64,000 nt of DNA. Source: the human T2T-CHM13v2.0 reference genome, Homo sapiens. The stretch is taken from NCBI RefSeq assembly GCF_009914755.1, contig NC_060939.1. One strand, 5' to 3'. Below the pieces are notes generated by a model. The model did no database searches, had not been told where the DNA came from, and saw only the letters and a list, made by a program, of their open reading frames with translations. A program made the translations under genes and the position numbers. This document shows, one piece after another, positions 28,690-42,029 of this stretch. How positions within the stretch are numbered: position 1 is the first letter of the stretch; every line of letters starts with the position of its first letter.

Positions 28690-29960
28690 ATGCTACTTCC
28701 TTCTAACATAGCTTAATTAAGCACCTCTTCTAAGTGAAGTTCTGGGCTAGGGGCTAAATTATATAGAAATTATTGTCTATTAAGGGAGAGACAGGAGCAA
28801 ATGGATAGGTACAAGCCCAACATGGTAGCCATTTATTGAATAGAGAAAGACCCAGGTTCAATGCATACAAAGCAAGAAGGCAATGAGCAGCGATCCCAGG
28901 GAGGTTCCTGGAAAGCTTCAGATAGAAGCACGTGGGGCAGATCTCGAAGAAGGAGCAAGAACAAGGAACAGAGTCCTCCTGGGGAGCATGGGAAGAAGGC
29001 ATGGCAGGCACAAAGGCATGGAGGTGGGAAATCCTCTGAGCAAGAGTATCCACCCACACAGGGGCGTCAGTGAACACTGGGAGCCTGAATTCCAATCCTT
29101 GATACCCTGGTTGATGCAGATTGGAAGTCTTACTGGAGCTCAGAAAAGTTGATGGCCCTAAATAGAAAACTCCTATTTGAATGAACCCATCATGATGTCA
29201 GCACAGACTGGGGTCAAGGCAGAGTTTGCCTGCCAGAGAGTGGGTAGAGCAGAAAGAGGGCAGAGCTTGAAGCAGGCAGTCCTGGCTTGTAATTCAGGCC
29301 CACCACTGCCTAGCTCTCTGGTTGTGGGTCACTACAAACCTCTCTGAGCCTTGGTTTCATCACCTTTAAAATAGGAATAGGTGACCTGGGCATTCTGTTG
29401 AAAATCACATCCTTTGTTGAAAAGATAGTGAGAAGATGGGGTGGGTGGGTGGATAGAGACCAATTTACACTGAACGTGGCACTGGGGAGACACAGAGAAT
29501 AAGCTGTTAGTCACTCTGAGCTCTGATAGGCTGAGTGGGGCCGGGAGGTGTGGGAGTCCAAAGGAGGAGCCCTTCGCTCTGCCTGGGAGGTTTAGAGTTT
29601 TCCTGGCAGCAATGAGAGCAGAACTAGGGGCCTTCCCACAAGGCAGGTGGAAATTCAGAAGGCTAAGAAGGAAGCAAGGGGAATTCCAGGTAGAGGGGAC
29701 CAAAGGACAAGGGAACCAGGAGCAGTTCTACTCAACTAGGAAATGTGAAATGGGGAGTGATGAGGCTGCAGAGGCTCGACAGTGGCCTTGAATGTTGAGT
29801 TAGGAACTTGGACTCTATCTCATATGCAGCAGGGAGACATTTAAGAATTAGAAGCATGAGAGAAAGGATTAGTCGGGCTCTGTCACCAGGACAGTGATAG
29901 TGGGCTAAGGAGAGGCGGTTGCAGAAGTCCTAGATACTGACATGAAAGGTACTTGTGTGA
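28690..29960 (-). mobile_element. L2 fragments with an interspersed MIR (about 29230-29410)
   Basis: catttattgaa, ggcatggcaggcacaaaggcatggagg, gccttgaatgttgagttaggaacttggactctatct. Confidence 0.6.
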
Positions 29961-32020
29961 AGTCGAGTTTATCATACTGCAGGGACAATGTAAAGCAGAC
30001 ACCACAGTCTAGTGTGCCATTGAGGTCCCAGGGATGGGATGGGCACTCTTCCCCAACACAGCCCTCCCTAGCTCCAGACAGGACAGCCCAGGGCCTTGAG
30101 AAAGAAGTTGCTGCAGGGCCCAGGCCTTCCAACCAGCCCCTCTGCAGGGACAGGCTCCTCAGGCCCTGGTGGCCTAACTGGGGTTGTTCTAGCTGGAGCC
30201 CGTGTGGCCATGAGAAACAGCCCTTTTTGCTCAAGCAAAACAATGACCTTATGGGAAGAAGATGGTGGTATTTCACAAAACTCAAGGGTGAAACATTCAG
30301 CCCCGCCTCTGAGGAACTAGAATCAGGAACTGTAAAGTCATGCCTATGGCCCCTCTCCCTCTCTTGCTGGTTCTCTTCCTCTTTCTCCTCTCCATTTTCC
30401 AGCCAGCTTTCCCTGTGTAGAGGGGGTGCACAGCTGCCTGGCCCCAGCTCCCTAGCCTCAACTGTCATGGCTCCAATGTCCTGGGGAGAGTCTGACCATC
30501 TGAGCCCAGGCAGCAGATCAGCCACCTCAAGGCAGACACCCTCCCTTGCTGCCCTCAGCCCTGTGGCCAAGAAAGGGGGTGGTCTCCTTTACAGCAAGGC
30601 TCCAGAGCCCATCCCCGCGGGTTACGATGGAGGGTGGTTCTCAGAGGAGGGACGCTGGCACTGGACTGGCCCCCAGAGGTGGTCTATTCTATGTAGTCCC
30701 TGACCCTACCTGGCACTGTTTGTATTATTGGCCAGGTAGAATTGGTCAAGGGACATCCGGGTGAGCTCGCCCCCAAGGTGCACCGTAGCGAGCTGGAATG
30801 CACAGGGCCTCCATTCACCTCTTCAGGAAGGAGTCAGAGACAGTGAAAATGAAACTCTGAAAAGTCCCCATGTTTTGCTTTGTGGATGGTAGAGCCAGGA
30901 AAAGAGAGGGTCTGAGAGGCGCTTGTCTTTGCATGCAGTAAAGAGGGGTATGGGAAGAATGGCCCCTTTGCTGCTGGCCTGGGGGAGCAGGTTTAGAGCC
31001 CAGGGACCTGGGGGAGGTGGCAGCTCTGGGGAAGAAGGGGCTGAGTCTAGGCTGAGTCCCTGGGGCTAGAGGCCAACCCTTAAGCAGCCAGCTGCCTAGA
31101 GCAGAGGGCAGGGGAGGGCCCGGAACTTCTGGGGTGGGCCTGCGGCGTTCCTTTGTTTCTCCATTCTCCTCAGATGGCACACAGCACCAGCTCGAGGAAC
31201 CAGAGTCATTTGGTTGTTTTCCCCAAATGTGGAGGATTCTTTCCCCTTTCCCTTCTCACGTGTTGCCAGAAGCTGGGCTTCCTGGGGGTTCTCATAAACC
31301 CAGGCGGCTCTGCAGTCATTTTCATATAGAACGTTTTCCCTAAATAGCTGAGAAGGCCAGCTGTAGCTGCTGGGACAGAAAACAGCATTGGCTGCTGGGG
31401 GATGAACACAGATCCTGTTCTTGTGCTTGGCAGCCCACTTCCCTGGAGACACAGCAAGTCATGGGGCCTCTGGCCTCTGCGCCACCCACTTCAACTCCAG
31501 CCACTGTTACTTGCCAGTAGAGGTCTGAGGTAAATGACTTGATCTCGCCAAGTCTGTTTTCTCACCTGTGAAATGGGAATAATGACAGTACAAAGAAGGG
31601 TTGTGGTCCCCAGAATTTAATGAGACACCTGCGGAAAGCACTCAGTAGGGTGCCTGGGTGAGTTCTGTGATGTTAATGGTTTTAATTACTACTGACCCTG
31701 CATTGGCACACACTGCAGGGGCTCCGCCCTAGTTCCTTTATTTGCTGATTTTCCATGGATAATTATAATGCATCTGATATGCTAGCCACCCTGCCTCCTC
31801 AGTGGTTTTTGAACTCTCCCCACAAATTGCCACCTCTGCAATTTCACTTGGGCTCTTTTCTCCTCTAAAAATGCTTCTCATGAGTATTTGTATTCACACC
31901 TGACCAAGACCTCATCATTCCTCAGGGTGCAGCTAAGGTCCGTACTCCTTCACTACAGCTTTGCAGTGGACCCAGGAAGGAGCTCTTCCTCTCTTCCCCC
32001 AAAGCTCAGAATTTCTTTTT

Positions 32021-32106
32021 CCCTTCCCTTCCCTTCCCTTCCCTTTCCTTCCCTCCCCTCCCCTCCCCTCCCCTCCCCTCCCCTCCCCTCCCCTCCCCTC
32101 CCCTTT
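32021..32106. repeat. (CCCTT)n/(CCCCT)n pentanucleotide tract replacing the Alu tail
   Basis: Pure pyrimidine run is directly visible. Confidence 0.95.
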
Positions 32107-32385
32107 CCAGGGTTTGGCTCTGTTGCCCAGGCTGGGGTGCAATGGCACAATCTTGGCTCACTGCAACCTTCACCTCCTGGGCTCAAGCCATCCTCCCACT
32201 TCAGCTTCCTGAGTTATCTGGGACTACAGGCGAGTGCCACCATGCTGGGCTAATTTTTGTATTTTTGGTGGAGACGGGGTTTCGCCATGTTGCCCAGGCT
32301 GGTCTCCAACTCCTGGGCTCGAGCAATTCACTTGCCTCAGCCTCTCAAAGTGCTAGGATTACAGGCATGAGCCACTGTGCCCGTC
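32021..32385 (-). mobile_element. AluJ-like
   Basis: ctcctgggctcaagccatcctccc, gttgcccaggctggtctc; TSD gaatttcttttt at 32009-32020 and 32387-32398. Confidence 0.93.
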
Positions 32386-32398
32386 TGAATTTCTTTTT

Positions 32399-32627
32399 GT
32401 TTAATTATTTTTTTTAATTGCAGGAGCTTTAGGAGTACAAGTAGTTTTTGGTTACATGGATGAATCACACAGTGGTGAAGTCTAGACTTTTAGTGTACTT
32501 GTTACCCGAATAGTGCGCATTGTACCCAATAGGTAATTTTTCATCTGTTACCCCTCTCCCACCCTCCCTGCTTCTGAGTCTTCAATGTCCATTAAACCAC
32601 TCTGTGTGCCATTGCATACCCATAAGT
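32399..32627 (-). mobile_element. 5'-truncated L1PB-like 3' end
   Basis: tttttggttacatggatgaat...agtggtgaagtct...ttgtacccaataggtaatttttcatc; TSD gctc(a/g)gaatttc at 32004-32015 and 32628-32639. Confidence 0.85.
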
Positions 32628-32899
32628 GCTCGGAATTTCAATGAACCTCTGTTAGAGAAAGGCAGCATCATGCAGTGCACAACTGTGCAGCCTCTGGGTG
32701 CTAGATCAATGCACACCTCTAGCTGTATGACTTTGGTTTTTCTGTGCCTCAGTTTCCTTGTGTGTCAAAGGGAAATAATACAAATAGTGCTTTCTTCACA
32801 GAGTTGTTGTGAGCATGGAATGAAGTGATACCTGTAAAACACTGACAGTACTACCTGAGAAGGGCTCATTGAAGGTTGGCTATTTCCATGAAATAATCT

Positions 32900-33080
32900 T
32901 CAAAAACATGAATTTTAATGGCTGTATGAACTTCTATTGTGTGGGTAGATCATAATTTATTTAAACACCCCCTTATTGTTGAGCATTTCAGCTGTTTCCA
33001 ATTTTTCACCATTATAAATAATGCTGTAGTGAACATCTTGTATATAAATCTTTCTGTTTATCTCTGATTGCTTTCTTAGA
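32900..33080 (-). mobile_element. L1ME-like 3' fragment
   Basis: ttttaatggctgtat...cataatttatttaa...tgtttccaatttttcaccattataaataatgctg. Confidence 0.75.
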
Positions 33081-33516
33081 AGAACTTCCCAAATCTTGTT
33101 TGTCTAAGAACAAAGCTCTGTCCCCAGACTTTTAAACAATGCCCTTTGAAATAAAAGTAAAGGCTATTTTCCATCAGAGTAAGAAACATATGGAACATGT
33201 TAACCAAGAAGTGGTTCAAGAGGAAGGTCGAAATAGGTTCAAGATGGGTTTAGATCCATTTCAAGATGTCTGACATAGAATGAGTTATAAAGCTCCCCTC
33301 CAGCCCCCTTTCCTCCAGAGGAAAGGAAGGGTCTTGATCCTCAGGGACCACCGATTTCTCTCGTTGAGGCAGTTCCAGGGGGCTTTGAAGTTCTCAATGT
33401 CAGAGAAACAACAATGACAGATCAATAAAAGAAGGCAGTCTGCGGGCAATCCAAAATTCCTCCAGCCAGTAGGGGGCGATGTCGTCTGTTTCTCTTGGCT
33501 GCCTGGAACCTGGTAG

Positions 33517-33548
<32 letters not shown>

Positions 33549-33807
33549 TGCTAACAAGGACTCCCTTTATTGATGACCTAAAACTTTGGCTTACATTTTA
33601 TGTATCTCTCCTGTCTGTTTTTCGTTCCTTCCTCCACTTCATACCTTCCAGCACTCACACATTCATTCAGGAGAAATCCAGTGTGTTCTTCCTCTGGGCC
33701 AGACATCAAGATGGTTTTTAGACTTCTATCTGGAGACACTTGCATTGAAGGCTCCACCTCACACACATCCAACATATTAAATATAATTTTTTTCTGTAGA
33801 ATTATAG

Positions 33808-34105
<298 letters not shown>

Positions 34106-34834
34106 AGGAATTATTTTTTATAACTTCGCTTTGAAATTATTTGGCTACTCGTCATTCATTTGATGCTTGTTTCGGTTTGATCTCTCAGCGATTATGAGGG
34201 GTACTCAGGAATTCTTGCGAAGTAAGAAAATCTAACTTGCACATTGTTTTCAGATAGAGTGAAGTTTTTATAAATACTAAATGAAACCATTAGTGAGGTT
34301 GATGTAATACTTTGTTTTGTAGACATTCCATTAAAATTTTACTAATTTCCATTGCAAAGTTTTCCCTTGATGTTTTGGATCTCATAATTTTGTTTCTGGG
34401 TCTCATACTTTTTTGGAGATCTCTCAAAAGTTCTCAGACCCTCTAGCACCAAGCAGATAAGAGAGCCCTGCCACGCTGGGAGATGGAGGGATGAAAGACT
34501 CTGTGCGGACTGTACAGAGCTGCTGGGCCACAGAGCTTGTCAATGGACAAACTCCTGTTACCAAAGAGTAAGAGTACTGTTACATGAAATGTGATCAGGA
34601 TACAGTGAAGATATCATCTTCCCTGAGCGTCCTTATGGAGAGGAGGGGCTCAGTGGAGACTTGAAAGAACAGACATCACCGAAGCCAGAACATGAATGCT
34701 GAACAGGACTTTTCTGATTCGAGGAGGAAGGGCATTGCAGACGAGGAAATAGCACATGCAAAGGGGCTGGACGGGAAAAGAATATCTGAATAGACAAAGG
34801 TGACTCAGCTGGACCCGCAAACAATGATCTCTAG

Positions 34835-34975
34835 GCCCTTGTTTTTCCAGACGAGCAGCACTGGCATCACCTGGGAACTTGTCAGAAATGCAGACTCTGA
34901 GGCCCCCAGAATCAAAACCTTTATTTTAACAGGATCCCAGGTGACTGGAATGCACGTCAGGGTCCGAGAGGCAGG
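34835..34975. mobile_element. MER5A-like hAT MITE
   Basis: gcagcactggcatcacctgggaacttgtcagaaatgcagactc...ttttaacaggatcccaggtgac. Confidence 0.8.
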
Positions 34976-35604
34976 CTCTAGTTCTGACAGGATCAGAAAT
35001 AGGTCTCCTGTAGCCAGAGCAGAACAGCAGTTGTCTAAGTTGTTTTCAAGCTTGGCCTGAGAATTCAGTCCCTGAGGGCTCAGACAGTTTCACCCATTGC
35101 TTGGAGGGTTGGGGCTTTTCCTGCTCAGGGACTCTTCCACCCGCTGGGCCTGCATCGTCCCTTCTGCTGGCCTTTGCTCCAGACAGCCTGTCTTGCCTGA
35201 TGGCTCCTTCATCTGGCACACCACCGATTACCTAATAGACTGTAGGCTATGTGCTTACTTTATTCCTGTGAGTAATTGATCACATTAGGATGAGCAAGGG
35301 GCAGCATCAGGAAGAGAAGAGAGAAGAGACATCAATAACCAGGGGAAGGAAACCATGCTACAGTCAGCTAATTAGATGTCTCACTGAGGCAGCTTTTTAA
35401 ACAGAATGGTCCATCTTGCTGTTGTCGGTTGACCATGCCCTCCCCTGCTTCTATGTGTGGCTGGGCTTTCCGATGAGTTAGGGGTGGTAAGTAGTAAGAG
35501 CTCCAGACCGAGTCAGAAAACTTGGTTGCCAGGCTAGGGGATCTTAAGCAAATTAGTTATCTCTGGGCCTCAGTTTCATCAACTGTAAATTGGGGAGGGC
35601 TGGA

Positions 35605-35785
35605 TCAATGGGTTACAAACATGGCTGATATCAGAATCACCAGAAATACTTCTAAAAACATAGATTCCAAGGTCACATCTCCTAAATGCTGATACAGTCG
35701 GTACAGGGTGAGAATAGGAATCCTTGTGGCAAAAAGCATCTCAAGTAACTCTGACACAACTGCATGGGAAACTGGGAACCACTGG
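35605..35785. mobile_element. MER5-like MITE nested in a MIR
   Basis: tcagaatcacc...aaaaacatagattcc...tgggaaccactg; MIR core on the left and MIR tail on the right. Confidence 0.6.
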
Positions 35786-36084
35786 GTTGGAAAGATAACC
35801 TCTAAGCTCCTGCCCGGCATCATCCGTTTCAGATTGTCCATAAGGATGGATTTTCCCAAACCTCTTACAGAGCAACAGTGCAGTCCTGGCGGGGGAGGAG
35901 GGGGAGACAAGAAAGACAGGAAACTCATCTTCCACTCCTGGCTCTGTCAGCAATTCATTGCCTAACAACAGTTTCTCCCTGAGACTCACTTAACTCACCT
36001 ATACATACACTGACAGGTATGACAATTCTTTCATCTGAGCATCATACCAATGTGTGCAGAGGTTCCCAAGCATGGGGAGATTTA

Positions 36085-36330
<246 letters not shown>

Positions 36331-37149
36331 ACACAGACTCCAGGTCCCCATCTACCCACATATCACTCTTGAGTACATCTGGAGCAGCTCAAGACAGTAT
36401 GTGTTTAAAGCCTGCCAGATAATCCAAAGATCAGCCAGTGGCCTGGCCAAAGGCATTGCTCAATAGGACCCCTGGTGCCCCAGTGCACGTGCAACAAGGC
36501 AGGGTCTAGCTCAGGAGGGCCACTGCCATGTTGGTGGGAAATGTGGACTGCAAAGGGACCCAGGCATATCCCACTCACCTCTTGGTTTTCAAGAGTTTAG
36601 ACAAATCCTGTCAGGGGAACACTCAACAGTATTGCACCAGAATGAACAGTAAACCCATCTTCCAGAAGACCTATGTTTAAATCCTGGTGCTGTTACTAAT
36701 GGGGTAACCTTGGACAACTCATGAGAGCTCCCTGAAGCTGCTTCTTTGTCTGTAAAATGGAGTCAGCTGTAACTCTAACCTCCCAGCTCAGTTGAGAAGA
36801 TTAAAGAGAACAACTTGGACACTGTACTCTGGGAGTGGGCATTCTGTGCAAATTGTCCAGCCACCTACACTGGGACCAGTGGGAACCAGCCTGACCGAAT
36901 GTTAATATCTCTCACCCTAATGAAAGCAGGGCTTGGAGAGAGTCTGCTATTGCACTGGGACAGAGGACCAAAGGTCCTGGTGGTAATTTCTGGAATGATT
37001 CTGCTCTGCATAGCCAGCTGCCTTCTGTCCAGTATTTTTTGTATTTTCTCTAATCTTTTGGGGCCTTGCTTGATTCCCTTAGTTGATCAGCAGGGGTATG
37101 CCTGTTGGCTGGCCTGAAAAGCTGAGCCCAAAAACCAACTCCAATGGGA

Positions 37150-38260
37150 CTTAAATCTTTGCACCTGTCCCCTTCTCCACACCCTTTTTCTACCTTCATC
37201 TCTGGCCTTGACTATTGCAGAATGCTCCCAACTGGTCTCCCATAGAGACCAGAAATGTTCTCCTCATAGCAGCCAGAGGGGTTCTCTTAAGGTGTAAATC
37301 AGATTATGTCGTTAATTTTGACTGGCTTCTCATTCTCCTAACATAAAATCCAAACTGGTGAATAAGGACTACCATGGAGTGCCTTCTCAGTCTCCGAGAA
37401 TGAACTCCATTTTTCTTCCCCTGGTTTATGAAGCTCTGCACATTCTGGTCATCTATTTCTCATCTGGTGCCATGCTAGCCACCCTTGCTTGCTTTGTGAG
37501 GCAGAAAAATACTATGTGTTCTGCTAACCTGTTTTACTTCCTTCCTTTGCACATAGCTAAACCCTATGTCCTGGCTCCTCTGCAGTTAGATGAGACCATA
37601 TATTGAGTTCTAGTCATTGGAATATGAGTGGGAGTGATGTACACCATCTCCAGGCCTGGCCCCCACATATCCTGGAGCTTTTCTCTTTGCTCTTGGCTGC
37701 ATGCAGAGGGCACGGTGGACAACTCAGAGGAAGCCTAAAGGACGGCAGAGTAGCTCATTAGAAGGAACTTGGGTTTTGAATAACAAAAAACTGTCCACCT
37801 AACACATGACAAGAAGGAAAAATAAATTTTTATTGTCTTAAATCACTGAGATTTAGGGTTGTGTACTTTGGCTACCACCGTTGCTCACTCTGAATGACAG
37901 CCTATTCTCAGTTTCCCAAATTTGCCAACATTCACCCCGCTTCTCCCATCCTGTTCCCTCTGCTTAGAATGTTTTTCCCTGGCATTCCTCACATCCCCTT
38001 CTTAACCTTTAGGTCTTCACTGAAAAGTCGCCACCCAACTATGAGCCTGTATTTGTGTTCTTGTTGATTTTTTAATAGTAGTTTTTAATAATGCACGTGG
38101 TTCTTAAACTTTGTTTTTCACTGTATTTCTCCTAGAACGTAAGCTCCCATGAGCATAAATCAAAGCTGTCTTATTTACCTTTCTGTATCCCTAAAAAAGT
38201 GTTGAGCAAAAGGTAGCATTCAACAATTATTAGCTGTTGGATTAAATGAATGAATGAACC
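37150..38260 (+). mobile_element. L2 split by an MLT1 LTR (about 37490-37880)
   Basis: L2 gactattgcagaatgctcccaactggtctcc and 3' end aaatgaatgaatgaa; MLT1 acaccatctccaggcctggccc...aataaatttttattgtcttaaatcactgagattt. Confidence 0.7.
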
Positions 38261-39058
38261 AAGTGTGTATTCAGTTCAATTCAATTCAAATATTACCGAG
38301 CACCAACTTCGTGTGAGGCACTTTGCACGCATCTAATGCATACTGTATTCAATTCTCATTACAACGCCAGTGGGGAGGTAAGATTATTATTCCCACTTTA
38401 CATGTAAGGATCAAGAGGCACTGTCAGCCAACGTAGCACAGATCCTTTCCACATGGCATTGTCCAATTATCATCATAGTCCCAAAAGGTAGAAATTATGA
38501 TCTCCATTCTGCAAAAGGGAAAACTCAGGCTCAGACAGGCCAAGTCACTTTCCTGGGTCATGTCGCTACTGAGGTCATGGAGCTGGGATTTAAATCCAGG
38601 GAGAGAGAGAATGGCATGCATGTCTCTTACAGCGTTATTCTTCCTAAAGTTTGACAACCTCATTAGAAATCCCCAAAGAATATCCCGAGTGTGGGGCAAA
38701 TGAAGACATGGAACTGCTCCTGAGTCCTATGGGCTTGGTTTGCAGTGGGATTTTATTTTAAATGCAAGATCCAATCTTCCCCGATGCCTGGGATCAGGGG
38801 GTGCCATTTTGCAACCTGGGGACTCAGCTCCAGTTTCCTGACTGAGCCTGGCCAGGTTGGCCGCCACCCATAAACTGGAGACCAGAGTGCCCAGGTTCAT
38901 TTAGGGAGAGCAGCCGGAGTTGTTGCTAGGCAGAGAAAGTCTGTGATTAATTATGGCTGATGAAAGTCTGAAGCCATGAATCCTTTTTGAGGGCTGGGCA
39001 AGCTGAAGAGTCTCACTCGCTGAATGCATTTGGAGACTGCACAGTCCCTTCTGAAACA

Positions 39059-39119
39059 AGCAGTAAACTTTAATGGCTGCAAGATCTGCGACTTGGCATG
39101 CTGTGGATTGGATGGCACA
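39059..39119 (+). repeat. Left arm of a 61-bp inverted repeat
   Basis: 60/61 identical to the reverse complement of 40889-40949. Confidence 0.97.
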
Positions 39120-40888
39120 TAGAACTCATGAATTCTCTGGGGTGGGAGCTAATTAGAGTGCAATTTTTCAATTACGGAACATTAAGCAAGCCTCTCCCCA
39201 GTCCCCCCACCCCATCTCTCAGTGGATACACTCCATTTATCTATTTTCCTTTATTTCTTAATCATTTGATGATATGACAACAATTATTTGTCATTTGGAA
39301 GAGAAAATTGTCACGGAGCTATTGTTTCCCTCTTGAAACCCCAGCTCTTCCGTGGTGATGGTTGCATTTGATAAATCTTTTGCATTCCTGCAGCTCCTCC
39401 CCCTCTCCCACCCAGGGTTGGTGTGGCAACAGGAAAACATTAGCCTGTGACGTGGGCCTGTTCTGATTGAAATGCCATTTGTAAAAAGGCCTGGAAAAGA
39501 GCAGGCTCAAGTTTAAAAGAGCCACAGCCCAGAGCTCCCGGCCCACCCACATCACCCAGGTTGAGACTCTGGGACATTTGCTTTGGGAAATTTGGTCATT
39601 CCTCTGAGCTAATAAGCCAGCTTCAGAATCAGGAATGCAAAACAGAAACAGAACAAAAAGAATAAGGCAAAAGAAAAAAGAAGCATGCCCCCAGAAATGG
39701 GAAAACTTAAATGACTTTGTTTAAATGTCATGGTACTCTCAAAACCCTGTTCTCATATGTATGCAAGTTAATTAAATGGAAAAATGTCAAATTAGTTGCT
39801 TAAAATATTAATGGGAGGAATTATCCCAGATTCTAGAGCAGGGAGAGTAGAGGAAACTAACCTTTTAGGGCTTAACCCTTTGGTTGGCTGTTCTTCTCTG
39901 AAAAAGTAGACATTTCTTTCATTTGTAAAAATGCCAATTAGTGCTGAGGGGTTTTGTAAGTTTCAGGATGGGAGCTTGCCAGTGGGCTTGCACTATGGGA
40001 TTCTCCCAGTGACACAGGACTCACTGGTGGCATTTATTCCCACAGTGTCGGCTTTGCATGGGGGATTTGAGGTCCCTGGAAAGGCCCAAAAATCATGCAT
40101 ATGTCTCTTCTGGAGTCAGAGTAATTTGCCATTTTTCCTTTTGGTTTTTTTGAAGAGTATTTTGAAGAGTTCATTAAAATGCAAAATTGGAAAGATTGCA
40201 CAAAAAGAGTTGTCAATGTACTACTCATCAAACCTTTATTCAGTACCAGTGGGATCCAAAGCCTATGCTGTTTGAGCAAAATGCCGAGAAAAGGGAGCGT
40301 CACAGACTCAAGGGCATAGGATCTGGTAAGGAGAGGCTGTAGAGCACCCTAATCTAGCCTCATGTTAGCATGTGGGAAAGCCAAAGCCCCAGGAAAACAA
40401 GGAACATTCCCAAAGCCACACAGCTATTGAGTGGTGAAATCAGGCTCATTTATTTATGCAACACAGCTCCTGCCTACCCCCTGGAGGGACTTGTGTACAT
40501 CCTGGGAGGTCAGGGCAAACAAACCCAGGGCAGCACATGCCACAAGCCTAACACTGCAGAAGGAAGGGCAGGAGGTGGACAGCAGGGTGATGGGTATCAG
40601 GGAGACCTTACCTCCATCAGCTAAAGAGCATCTACTGTCCACCATGGTAGCCAGCACTGTATAACACCTGGCTTCTCCCCATTGTGACAAAAATAAGCAG
40701 GCAAGGAAGGCCACGTCATCTACTGAGAAGTTATGGCTAGTCACTGTGGCCACATGTTCAAACTGATCTCATGTAATTCAGTGATCAGTTCTACCCATTG
40801 CTTGTTCTGCAGTTATTGGTAAACAGATATCCCATTGCCTACCATAGGATTACAAATTCTTACAGTCAATTCAGCCATGTCCTTGGCT

Positions 40889-40949
40889 TGTGCCATCCAA
40901 TCCACAGCATGCCAAGTTGCAGATCTTGCAGCCATTAAAGTTTACTGCT
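40889..40949 (-). repeat. Right arm of a 61-bp inverted repeat
   Basis: Reverse complement of 39059-39119 except opposite position 39090. Confidence 0.97.
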
Positions 40950-41245
40950 GGTTTGCTTGGAGGTCTTTCAATTTCCTCATCTGTAAAATGAGGGTAACAG
41001 ATTAGGAACGTGGAAGATCTCCAAGCAAAGTAAGGGGCTGAACTGACTCTGTAAGAATGGGATACCTGTTTACCAATAACTGCAGAACGAGCAATAGAAA
41101 TGCCAAATAATAGGTGCAGAGCCCAATTTCTAAAAATTGTATCCACAGAAGGAGGAAGGTGTTATATTGAGATGCTCTATGGAAAAGATATCCAAATAGT
41201 TTAGGGGGAACCCTGTATATTTTAATCCTTTTTTGCTTTGGTCAG

Positions 41246-42029
41246 TGTGGTGGGCTGAACCATAGCCCTCAAATATATCCACGTTTGAATCCCTGGAACT
41301 CATGAATGTTACCTTACATGGCAAGAGGGACTTTGCAGATGTGATTAGTTACGTCTCTTGAGATGGGAAGATTATTCTGGTGTTCCAGATGGACCCAACA
41401 TAATCACATGGGGCTTTATAAGAGGGAGGCAAGAAAGTGAGGAAAGATCATTTTAGAAGCAGAGATTAGAGGGATGTGCTTTGTAGTTGGAGGAGGGGGC
41501 CATGAGCCAAGGAATACAGGTGGCCACTGGAAACTGAAAGAAAGGCAAGGAGATGGATTCTCCCATGAGCCTCCAGAAGGAACCAGCCCTGTTGATATTT
41601 TGACTTTAGTCCCCCAGTGAGGCTAATTTTGGATTTCTGCCCTCCAGAATGGTAAGAGACTCAATTTTTTTTTTTTTTTTTGAGGCTGAGTCTCAATCTG
41701 TTGCCCAGGCTGGAGTGCAGTGATGCGATCTCCACTCACTGCAAGCTCCGCCTCCTGGGTTCACACCATTCTTCTGCCTCAGTCTCCAGAGCAGCTGGGA
41801 CTACAGGCACCCATCACCACTCCCAGCTAATTTTTTGTATTTTTAGCAGAGACGGGGTTTCACCATGTTAGCCAGGATGGTCTCAATCTCCTGACCTTGT
41901 GATCTGCCTGCCTCGGCCTCCCAAAGTGCTGGGATTACAGGCGCGAGCCACTGCGCCCGGCCAATGTGTGTTGTTTTAAGCCACTTGGGTAATGATAATG
42001 TGTTACAGCAGCAACAGGAAGCTAATACA
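41246..42029 (+). mobile_element. MLT1D-like solo LTR interrupted by an Alu
   Basis: tgtgg...atgttaccttacatggcaagagggactttgcagatgtgatta...tgttacagcagcaacaggaagctaataca. Confidence 0.88.
41665..41962 (-). mobile_element. Alu (Y/Sc-like)
   Basis: Poly-T plus full antisense dimer. Confidence 0.95.

Noticed and set aside
29905-30703. Overlapping 253-aa (+) and 221-aa (-) ORFs
   Set aside because: No recognisable homology or exon structure, and the + ORF starts in L2-like sequence; likely chance in GC-richer DNA
39059-40949. Inverted repeat read as DNA-transposon TIRs or a pre-miRNA
   Set aside because: No TSD, known TIR terminus or transposase remnant; a 1.77-kb loop is far too long for a miRNA hairpin
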